Assembly: GCA_022826705.1 (NCBI GenBank)
Contig: JAJDUJ010000022.1
Coordinates: 44,989 to 108,988, forward strand
DNA: 64,000 nt
From: Acidimicrobiia bacterium
Lineage (GTDB): Bacteria; Actinomycetota; Acidimicrobiia; Acidimicrobiales; Bin134
Direction: 5' to 3'
In this document: positions 9,481 through 16,839 of the stretch, piece after piece
Layout: every line of letters begins with the position of its first letter
How positions within the stretch are numbered: the first letter of the stretch is position 1
The notes under the pieces: generated by a model
The model's database searches: none
What the model was told of the DNA's origin: nothing
The model's input: only the letters and a program-made list of their open reading frames with translations
Program-made: the position numbers and the translations under genes

Positions 9481-10478
9481 CAAAAGTCCCTCCCCAAGAT
9501 GAAATCGGCCAGCTGCCGAAATTCCTCCACCACCTCTTCCACAACCTCCTCGTGCGCGGCCAGAGAATCGAGAGCGGAAACAGCCCGGTCGTAGTGGGTC
9601 CGGGCCAGTGCCTGGGTGCCTTCCCGGCCACCCCCCGCCTCCACCAGCGCTCGGGCTGCGTCCACGCCTCCGACATCCCAATCGGGACGGGAATAGAGCT
9701 CAGCCAGCTCCTCGGCTGCCGAGGTGCCGCTGTTGAGGGCGATCACCACCGGTACCGACTTCTTGCGCTCCCGAAGGTCGGCCCCCGCAGGCTTGCCGGT
9801 GCGCTCGGGGTCACCCCAGATGCCCAGAAGGTCATCCACGGCTTGGAACGCCACCCCCACCTCCGCCCCGAACTCAGCCAGCCCATCAACAACCGAGTCG
9901 TCGGCTTCGGCCAGTATCGCCCCCACCGAGGTCGCGTAGGACAAGAGCGCCCCGGTCTTGCCCTGCTCCATGGCCAGGCACTCCTCCAGGGTGACGAGAG
10001 TTCTCTCCTCGAAGGCCATGTCCATGCTCTGGCCGGCGATCATTGCCGAAACTGCTGCGGTCAGATGCTTGACCGCCTTGACCCTGGGCGCTGTGGGGTC
10101 GGACAGCAACACCTCATAGGCCAAGTTGTGGAGAGCATCTCCTGCCACCACGCCGACTCCAATGCCGAACTTGGCCCAGACCGTGGGCCGGTGCCGACGC
10201 TCGGCATCGTTGTCGATGATGTCGTCGTGGATCAGCGAGAAGTCGTGGATGAGCTCGATGGCCACCGCCCCGGGCACTCCGGTTTCCGAAGGGGCGCCCA
10301 CAGCCTCAGCCGACAAGATGGCCAGTGCCGGGCGGGTTCCCTTGCCCCGACTCTGGAAGTGGTATTCAGCGGGCACTCTCAGCTCAGGGCACAGCCCGCT
10401 CAGTGCGGCGGCAATGGCCGGGTCCACCAGCTCCCTGGCTCGGCTGAGGATGCCCGGAACCGGCATTCCCTCGCTCAC
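9480..10478 (-). CDS. polyprenyl diphosphate synthase (FPP/GGPP synthase family)
   Basis: Asp-rich motifs FSLIHDDIIDND and FQAVDDLLGIWGD. GTG 10478 overlaps the hpnE stop (GTGA). Confidence 0.85.
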   Translation of the reverse strand: MSEGMPVPGILSRARELVDPAIAAALSGLCPELRVPAEYHFQSRGKGTRPALAILSAEAVGAPSETGVPGAVAIELIHDFSLIHDDIIDNDAERRHRPTVWAKFGIGVGVVAGDALHNLAYEVLLSDPTAPRVKAVKHLTAAVSAMIAGQSMDMAFEERTLVTLEECLAMEQGKTGALLSYATSVGAILAEADDSVVDGLAEFGAEVGVAFQAVDDLLGIWGDPERTGKPAGADLRERKKSVPVVIALNSGTSAAEELAELYSRPDWDVGGVDAARALVEAGGGREGTQALARTHYDRAVSALDSLAAHEEVVEEVVEEFRQLADFILGRDF

Positions 10479-11938
10479 GCGCTCATCCTCTCTGGCTCAG
10501 ACGGTGGCGGCTCGGGGCTGAGATGCGGCCCAGAGGTGTCGCCGGATGATTGGGCGGGCCTGGAGGCGACTGCGGTGCGGCAGTGATCGAGGGCGAGGCC
10601 AGCCGCCAGCTTGCCGGAGCGGACGGCGCCTTCCATCGTGGCCGGCCAGCCGGTATCGGTCCATGCCCCGGCCAAGAACAAGCCATCGATGGCAGTAGTC
10701 GGACCAGGACGAAGCCGCCGGGTGCCGGGACGGCCGGCAAAGGTGGCCCGGTGCTCTCGGGTCACCACCGCGTCTATCACCTCAGCCGCAGCCGAGCGCG
10801 GCAGCAGCTCGGCGAGAGCCGAGCGATAGCGTTCGATCATGTCCGCCGGGCGTTCGCCGATCTCATCGAAGGCCGCCGACTGCGACACGGCCACAACCTG
10901 CTCGCCGCCACTGCCCGCGCCGACGGGGGCCCGCGGCTCATCGTCGGCCCAGTTGGCGGCCTCGGTCCGGTCGAAAACGAATTGCACCGGGGAATCCAGG
11001 GCTGCGGTGAAGGGCACATCCATGACTTGGCGGTCGAACACGAAATGCACGTTGACGATGGGTGATACCCCGAGATCGACCAGCTCAGATTGCCCGGGCA
11101 CGGTGCTGGGGGGCAGCAGGCCGTCGACAACATCGTGGGGCACGGCCAAGATCACCGCGTCGGCGTCCACCCGCTGCCCGCCTATCGCCACCGAGGGTCC
11201 TTCGCCCACGGATTCCACATGGGCTTGAAGCTGGACGTGCCCGCCTTGGGCGGTGATCACCCGGGCGGCGGCATCTCCGTGGAGAGCAGCCAAGGGCACC
11301 CGGGTCCAGCCCAGATCACCGGCATCGGCGCTGTCCAAGAGCCCGGTGCGGAACACCTTGACCGCCAGGCTGAGCGAGGCATCGTCGGCCCGGAGGTTCA
11401 CGGTGGGCAAGCAGATGAGGTCCCACAAACCGGCGATGGCCCGACCGGATTCCCCGCGAAATCGCAGCCACCCCCCGAAGCTCATCTCGTCGGTGTCGGG
11501 AGCATCGGGATCGAGGCGACGCAGGGCCAGCGCAGTGCGAATCGCCCGCAGCCGATCGGCTACAGAGAGCGGGCTGTAGCGCAGCAGTGACCGGGCCAAG
11601 TGAAGGGGGGAGGGGGCACCGGTGCGGAATATGCGGGCCGGACGGCGACCGGGGCGCATCACCGAAACCGACATACGGCGCTGCTCGGTCACTTGATCGG
11701 CCACCTCGAGGCGCTCCAACAGCGCCCGGTACTCGGTGCAGCACCGCATGAACACGTGCTGGCCGTTGTCGAACCAGCGGCCGTTGCGCTGGAACGACCA
11801 GGTGGCCCCGCCCAGCCGGGGGGCCCGCTCATAGAGCGTCACCCGCGCTCCGCTGTCGGCAGCGGACACTGCCGCGGCCAGTCCGGCGAGCCCGCCTCCG
11901 ACCACGGCCACACGCGGCTCAGAAACGACCGGGCTCAT
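10475..11938 (-). CDS. hpnE: hydroxysqualene dehydroxylase HpnE (FAD amine-oxidase/phytoene-desaturase-like)
   Basis: FAD motif VAVVGGGLAGLAAAV directly after MSPVVSEPR. ATG 11938 overlaps the hpnD stop (ATGA 11935-11938). The 662-aa track ORF is a spurious extension. Confidence 0.75.
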   Translation of the reverse strand: MSPVVSEPRVAVVGGGLAGLAAAVSAADSGARVTLYERAPRLGGATWSFQRNGRWFDNGQHVFMRCCTEYRALLERLEVADQVTEQRRMSVSVMRPGRRPARIFRTGAPSPLHLARSLLRYSPLSVADRLRAIRTALALRRLDPDAPDTDEMSFGGWLRFRGESGRAIAGLWDLICLPTVNLRADDASLSLAVKVFRTGLLDSADAGDLGWTRVPLAALHGDAAARVITAQGGHVQLQAHVESVGEGPSVAIGGQRVDADAVILAVPHDVVDGLLPPSTVPGQSELVDLGVSPIVNVHFVFDRQVMDVPFTAALDSPVQFVFDRTEAANWADDEPRAPVGAGSGGEQVVAVSQSAAFDEIGERPADMIERYRSALAELLPRSAAAEVIDAVVTREHRATFAGRPGTRRLRPGPTTAIDGLFLAGAWTDTGWPATMEGAVRSGKLAAGLALDHCRTAVASRPAQSSGDTSGPHLSPEPPPSEPERMSA

Positions 11939-12789
11939 GTGGTGACTCCAGCCAGGCTGCGAACGGCCACCCAGGCCTTCTCCCTGGTGGGCAGCGACAG
12001 CCGCCCCTCCATCACGGCCGTGGGCGTGGCAGCAATGCGAGCCAGCAGGCGGTGGTAGATCCCGGCCATCGCCCCGGTGCAGGCCCGGCTGCGGTGGTCC
12101 AGCATGCCGAGCAGCTTCAGGCCCTCGGCGAAATGCCGCTCGGCTCGCTCGGCTTCGAACGCCACCAGTGCGCCCACCGCGTCGGGCGGGCCGGTCAGGT
12201 CGGGGGCGCAGCCGAATTGCTCGATGTCGGCGGCGGGCAGGTACACCCGGCCCATGCCCCGGTCCTCCACGATGTCGCGCAGGATGTTGGTGAGCTGAAG
12301 GGCGATGCCCAGCACATCGGCCAGTTTGGCGGCCTGGTCGGGATCGCCCCTCGTGCCGAACACCCCCAGCGACAGGCGGCCCACCGATCCGGCTACCAGC
12401 CGGCAATACTCCTCGGTTTCGGCGATGGTGGTGTACACCTTCCCAACCGCGTCCTGCTCGCACCCGGCCACGATCTCATTCAGCGCATCGGCCGGTATGG
12501 GGAAGCGGTCGATTGCATGGCGCAGACCCACCAGCACCGGGTCGTCGGGGTCGCGGAGCCCGCCGTCGGCCAGAGTGTCGATATCGGCCCTTATCTCAGC
12601 CAGCCCAGCCAGCTTCTCATCCTGCGGCAACGGGCCATCGCCCACATCGTCGATCCGGCGGGCCATGGCGTACAGCGCCGACATGGCCTGGCGCTTCGGC
12701 TTGGGCAGCAGGCGAATGCCATAGGAGAAGTTGCGGGCCTCGACCCGGGTGATCTCCTCGCACCGCTGATAGGCGTCGGCGGCCTTCAC
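11935..12789 (-). CDS. hpnD: presqualene diphosphate synthase HpnD (squalene/phytoene synthase family)
   Basis: YAMARRIDDVGDG and LTNILRDIVEDRGMGRVYLP motifs. GTG 12789 overlaps the hpnC stop (GTGA 12786-12789). Confidence 0.75.
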   Translation of the reverse strand: MKAADAYQRCEEITRVEARNFSYGIRLLPKPKRQAMSALYAMARRIDDVGDGPLPQDEKLAGLAEIRADIDTLADGGLRDPDDPVLVGLRHAIDRFPIPADALNEIVAGCEQDAVGKVYTTIAETEEYCRLVAGSVGRLSLGVFGTRGDPDQAAKLADVLGIALQLTNILRDIVEDRGMGRVYLPAADIEQFGCAPDLTGPPDAVGALVAFEAERAERHFAEGLKLLGMLDHRSRACTGAMAGIYHRLLARIAATPTAVMEGRLSLPTREKAWVAVRSLAGVTT

Positions 12790-13688
12790 CTTCGCCTCCA
12801 GCGCGCCGCGGCGTCTCGCGCGGCGCGAACTGCTTTGGCGTCGGTCACCTGGCGAGGGGCGACAAGGCGAGCGACATGCACCGCGGTGCGGACCTTGGAC
12901 GGGGTCCGCAGCTTTCTCAGTACGTCGTGGTCGGCCCCGGCAATGGCATCCAATGCGGCCATTCCGCCCGCGGCGTAGCCGGCCACCGTCACCTTGGCCC
13001 ATCCGCTGAGTGAGGCCACCAGCGGCTCTCCCCGCTTCAGCAGCCCGCGGGCGGTGTCGCATTGGTGGGCCACCAGCCGGCGAAGTGCCTCCGATGCCCG
13101 GGCCGCCCCCAGTTCACCCTCGTCCACGCCGAAGCGGGCCATCTCGTCGGCCGGGAAATAGATGCGGCCCTTTTCGGTGTAGTCCTCGCCGATGTCTTGG
13201 AGGTGCTCCACCAGTTGCAATCCGGTGCATACCGCATCGCTGTGGGCGATTCGCTCGGGGGTGGTCGCACCGAACACCGCTAGCACCAGCCGGCCCACGG
13301 GGTTGGCCGACAGCGTGCAGTACTCGGCCAACTCGGCTTGGGTCTGGTAGCGGTGCTTGTGCTGGTCAACCCGGTTGGCCTCGACAAGCGCCAAGAACGG
13401 CTCGTCGTCCACATCCACATCAGCGAGCAGAGGAGTGAGCTGAACCATAACCGGGTGGGTGGCATCGCCGGTGCGGGCCCTTGTGAGTTCGCCCTCGATC
13501 CAATCCAGCGCGGCAAGACGGTCGCCGTCGTATTCGTCGCCGATGTCGTCCACGAGTCGCGCAAATCCGTAAATGGCCAGCAAATGGGCGCGAGCACGCG
13601 CCGGGACTGCCTTCAGCACCACAGGGAAGTTCTCACTTCCTCTCTGGGCCATGATCGAGTTCAAGTCGAACTCGACTTCAGTCTGCAC
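12786..13688 (-). CDS. hpnC: hydroxysqualene synthase HpnC (squalene/phytoene synthase family)
   Basis: ENFPVV, FARLVDDIGDEYDG and LQDIGEDYTEKGRIYFP motifs. First gene of the operon. Start is GTG 13688 or ATG 13652. Confidence 0.75.
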   Translation of the reverse strand: MQTEVEFDLNSIMAQRGSENFPVVLKAVPARARAHLLAIYGFARLVDDIGDEYDGDRLAALDWIEGELTRARTGDATHPVMVQLTPLLADVDVDDEPFLALVEANRVDQHKHRYQTQAELAEYCTLSANPVGRLVLAVFGATTPERIAHSDAVCTGLQLVEHLQDIGEDYTEKGRIYFPADEMARFGVDEGELGAARASEALRRLVAHQCDTARGLLKRGEPLVASLSGWAKVTVAGYAAGGMAALDAIAGADHDVLRKLRTPSKVRTAVHVARLVAPRQVTDAKAVRAARDAAARWRRR

Positions 13689-13797
13689 ATCACCCCCGCT
13701 GCGGCTCAGTTTTCTTCGGCGAACCCGCTGGTCAACGGGTTCCCCGGACGATCCATAACAATGCTTTTACGATCGTCACCCAATTGCAAACAAAAGA

Positions 13798-13813
13798 GTG
13801 ACCATCAGGTCAC
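13798..13813 (-). terminator. short hairpin with flanking A/T tracts (terminator of the MerR-TetR gene, or an operator upstream of hpnC)
   Basis: Perfect GTGACC-ATCA-GGTCAC palindrome. On the minus strand it reads AAAAAG-GTGACCTGATGGTCAC-TCTTTTGTTTG. It lies 28 nt after the regulator stop and about 110 nt upstream of hpnC. Confidence 0.35.
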
Positions 13814-13841
13814 CTTTTTGTACGCGCTCAATCCGAGGCTG

Positions 13842-14621
13842 TCAAGGCATTGACGTCCCCGGATCTTCGAAGTTGGGACGATCGGCAAAACGACCCATGA
13901 GGCCCTCGGCAAAAATGTGGGCGATGGCGTCCATGATCAGAGCTCCGGCGAGCCGGTGGCCCCGAGGATCATCTGACAGAGCCTCTCCCAGTCGCTCGGC
14001 CAGTCGCCAGAACACCCGCTGGGCGGCCGCGGCGTGCTCCACCTGGCCCTGTACCGAGCGCTTGGCCACTTCCAGCATGATGGGCAGGCCGGGCAGAAGC
14101 GCTTCGGCCAGGCGACGGGTGAGTTCTTGGCGGCTCAATCCGATCTGGCCATCGATCGAGGCCGAGAAATGCTCCGCGGTGTTGTCCACCACCGCTTCCA
14201 CCGCTCGGAAGAACAGGTCTTGTTTCGAGCGGTAGTGGCGATAGAAGGTCCCCTTGGCCACACCGGCCTGCGTGCATATTTCGGCCACGCTCACCTCGGT
14301 GTAGCCCCGCAAGGCAAACTCTTGAATGGCGACGTTCCGCAACTGCTCGCCGCTGTCGGCCAGATGGGGAACTTCGGTGTGATCAAGGTTCTCCGCATTC
14401 ATGATCTGGGCGATATGGCGCAGAGGCAGGCGATGGCGCTCTCGCAGTTCCCTGACCTGCTCGACGGCTTCGGCGTGGCGCTGGCTGTAGAGGAAGCGGT
14501 TGGCCGCGGCCCGACGGGGCGCGGGCAGAAGACCCAGCCGCCGATAGTGGTGGATGGAGGCAGCCGGCACTCCGGTGCGAGCTACCAGCTCGCTGATGGG
14601 GAACTCGCCGGGAGGACCCAT
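13842..14621 (-). CDS. dual-HTH transcriptional regulator: N-terminal MerR domain fused to a TetR domain
   Basis: MerR HTH: ISELVARTGVPAASIHHYRRLGLLPAP...RFLYS. TetR HTH: RNVAIQEFALRGYTEVSVAEICTQAGVAKGTFYRHYRSKQDLF, followed by a TetR-like C-terminal domain. Confidence 0.7.
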   Translation of the reverse strand: MGPPGEFPISELVARTGVPAASIHHYRRLGLLPAPRRAAANRFLYSQRHAEAVEQVRELRERHRLPLRHIAQIMNAENLDHTEVPHLADSGEQLRNVAIQEFALRGYTEVSVAEICTQAGVAKGTFYRHYRSKQDLFFRAVEAVVDNTAEHFSASIDGQIGLSRQELTRRLAEALLPGLPIMLEVAKRSVQGQVEHAAAAQRVFWRLAERLGEALSDDPRGHRLAGALIMDAIAHIFAEGLMGRFADRPNFEDPGTSMP

Positions 14622-14688
14622 GCCTCCACTCTTATTCGGATTCCCGTGCTACCGCCAGCGCGTACCGGAAACTCGTGGCTGCGAATGG

Positions 14689-15888
14689 CTACTCCTGCTC
14701 GGCAATCTTGATGGCCTCTTCAAAGCTGGTGCCCTGCTCGATGAGGTTGCGGTACTTCATCACGTGGCGAGGCCGGTTGAAGCCAAGCACGCCGACCAGT
14801 CGGCCCGCTCGGCCGTAGAGGGCGGCAAACCGCCGCTCCTCGGTCGATCCGGTGATGATGCGCACCTCGTCGTCGGGCCGGGCTCGTCCCGCCAACTGGA
14901 TCTTGCGGTCGTACTGGTCGCTCCAGAACCACGGGACCGGGGCATAGGGCTGGGCCTCGTCGTCGGAGGCCAGCAGACGGAGCGCCGCATGCTGGCCCTG
15001 GGCAATGGCGTTGTCCCAGTGCTCCACCCGCATGATCTCGCCGAACAGGCGGTTGGGCCAGCGGGCCACGTCCCCGGCCGCGGCGATACCGGGAGCGGCC
15101 AAACAGGTCTCGTCGCACACCACGCCGTTGTCCAACTCCAGCCCCGAGCCCTCCAGCCACTCGGTATTGGGGATCACCCCGATGCCCACCACCACCACAT
15201 CGGCATCCATCGAAGTGCCGTCGCTCAGGTTCACCCGCTCCACCCGGCCATGGCCGTCGAAGCCGTCGACGCCCACGCCGAGTCGCAGGTCCACGCCGTG
15301 GTCTCGGTGCACATCAGCGCACACCGTGCCGACCTCGGTGCCCAATACGCGGCCCAGCGGCACCGGCAGGGCTTCGATCACAGTGACCTCCAGGCCCCGC
15401 TCCCGGGCGGTGGCCGCCACCTCGGCACCGATGAACCCGGCCCCCACCACCGCCACCCGCTGGGGAGAGTCCTCCAGTTCGGCTCGGATGGCCAGGCAGT
15501 CGTCCAGGCCCCGCAGGGTGTAGATGCCGTCGAGGCCGTTGGTGGGGAGCTCCCGGCATCGGGCCCCGGTGGCGATCAGAATGCCGTCGGCGGCGACCGT
15601 TGAGCCGTCGTCAAGCGTCACGGTCCGGTTGGCCACATCGAGCCCGGCGGCCCGGCGGCCCAGCCGCCAGTCGGCGCCTAGATCTTGGAGCGATTCATCG
15701 TCGGACAGAGCGATGCGGTCCTGCTCCCATTCCCCGGCGAGGAGCTGCTTGGACAGGGGAGGTCGGTCGTAGGGCTGGTGGGGCTCATCGCCGATGATGG
15801 TGATGGCCCCGTCGAAACCTTCTCGCCGGAGCATCTCCGCCGCCCGGGTTCCGGCCAGCGAAGCTCCGACAATCGCTAGTGAGCGCAG
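14689..15888 (-). CDS. ferredoxin--NAD(P)+ reductase (FAD pyridine-nucleotide-disulfide oxidoreductase family), probable CTG start
   Basis: Second Rossmann motif VAVVGAGFIGAEVA and a reductase C-terminal domain. The ORF track starts at ATG 15834, but the frame stays open upstream and encodes the obligatory FAD motif AIVGASLAG. CTG 15888 lies 10 nt after GAGGAG. Confidence 0.8.
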   Translation of the reverse strand: MRSLAIVGASLAGTRAAEMLRREGFDGAITIIGDEPHQPYDRPPLSKQLLAGEWEQDRIALSDDESLQDLGADWRLGRRAAGLDVANRTVTLDDGSTVAADGILIATGARCRELPTNGLDGIYTLRGLDDCLAIRAELEDSPQRVAVVGAGFIGAEVAATARERGLEVTVIEALPVPLGRVLGTEVGTVCADVHRDHGVDLRLGVGVDGFDGHGRVERVNLSDGTSMDADVVVVGIGVIPNTEWLEGSGLELDNGVVCDETCLAAPGIAAAGDVARWPNRLFGEIMRVEHWDNAIAQGQHAALRLLASDDEAQPYAPVPWFWSDQYDRKIQLAGRARPDDEVRIITGSTEERRFAALYGRAGRLVGVLGFNRPRHVMKYRNLIEQGTSFEEAIKIAEQE

Positions 15889-15895
15889 CGGGCGC

Positions 15896-16096
15896 CTACT
15901 CCTCGGCGACGGAGATGGCTTGCTTGGGGCAGCGCTGAATTGACTCGTTCACTCGTTCGCGAGCCTCATCCCCAGGGGTCTCGTTCAGCAGGTACAAAAA
16001 GTCGTCGTCGCGCACCTCGAAAATGTCAGGAGCGACCTGCATGCAAATGGCGTTGCTCTCACACAGGTCGTAGTCCACGACCACCCGGTATCCCAT
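15896..16096 (-). CDS. small 3Fe-4S-type ferredoxin
   Basis: MGYRVVVDYDLCESNAICMQVAPDIF...RCPKQAI (Cx5C...CP). SD GGAGGA sits 5 nt before ATG 16096. Confidence 0.8.
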   Translation of the reverse strand: MGYRVVVDYDLCESNAICMQVAPDIFEVRDDDFLYLLNETPGDEARERVNESIQRCPKQAISVAEE

Positions 16097-16187
16097 CGGA
16101 TCCTCCCATCTCCCAGAAAGACACCCCGACCCTACCCAACCAACCCCCACCCCGTCACCATCGGGCCGCCGAACTCAGTAGGACTGC

Positions 16188-16490
16188 TCAGGGGAGGATG
16201 TCGTGACTGCCGACTTGCAGCCAAACCACATGGCGCTTGCCAGAGACCTGCTCCGAACCCCAGGCGAATGTGGCTCGACCATCGGGTGCCCAAGACATCT
16301 CGTAGACGTTGGATGCGCCCACCACCTTCTTGACCCGCAGTCCAGGACGGAACCAGTCAATGCGGCCTTCTTCAATCTCCCGAAGGTCGGCAACGAAGGA
16401 CCTCAAACTACTCCTGAGCTGGGCAGCTTGAGCAGGTGCGAGGTGTCTCAGCCCGCGCCGGAATGCCGGCTTCATTGCGTATGTGGGCAC
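16188..16490 (-). CDS. RelE/ParE-superfamily toxin-like protein
   Basis: KPAFRRGLRHLAPAQAAQLRSSLRSFVADL then VYEMSWAPDGRATF...RHVVWLQVGSHDIL. This is the pattern of RelE/ParE/YafQ-type toxins (helical N-terminus, beta-sheet, C-terminal xGxHDxL). Confidence 0.55.
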   Translation of the reverse strand: MPTYAMKPAFRRGLRHLAPAQAAQLRSSLRSFVADLREIEEGRIDWFRPGLRVKKVVGASNVYEMSWAPDGRATFAWGSEQVSGKRHVVWLQVGSHDILP

Positions 16491-16510
16491 CGCAGATGGA
16501 GCGTGTGATG

Positions 16511-16717
16511 CTAATCAGGGACTGCGTCGTTCAGATGCACGTCGACAGCAGCCAGAAAGTCTTCGGAATTGGCATGAAATGTGCAATCAGATACGTCGGA
16601 GGCAGGCCCATTACCGGTGTCGGCTTCAATATCAGCCACCGTGAGCGCTTCGGGCTGCGATTCTCTGCGCTGCTTTCGGCTCGAAGGCAGCCAATGGCGC
16701 AAGCTTGTAAGAGCCAT
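16511..16717 (-). CDS. hypothetical small acidic protein, candidate antitoxin
   Basis: 68 aa from ATG 16717, preceded by GGAGGA with a 6-nt spacer. It ends 20 nt upstream of the toxin-like ORF. No DNA-binding fold is recognisable. Confidence 0.35.
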   Translation of the reverse strand: MALTSLRHWLPSSRKQRRESQPEALTVADIEADTGNGPASDVSDCTFHANSEDFLAAVDVHLNDAVPD

Positions 16718-16839
16718 CAGCAGTCCTCCGAGGTCAACACCGCCACCCACTCTACCTAGCCATCATCAGAATGCGACAGGCAGTCTCCACATCATCATGT
16801 AGAGGTTCCTGGCCCTTGCAGCGGCCAGTCAGCACCTGA

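Noticed and set aside
10475-12463. Very long N-terminal extensions in the ORF track. Examples: hpnE as 662 aa, shc as 695 aa, hpnD as 375 aa, dioxygenase as 475 aa, SDR as 348 aa, lipoprotein as 218 aa.
   Set aside because: The extensions overlap the preceding gene in another frame and are Arg/Gly-rich. Internal ATG/GTG codons that overlap the upstream stop (ATGA/GTGA) give proteins of the expected family length and N-terminal motifs.
14689-16096. Interpreting the ferredoxin/reductase pair as part of a cytochrome P450 system within this window.
   Set aside because: No ORF in the window shows the P450 heme-binding FxxGxxxCxG signature, so only the redox pair itself can be called.
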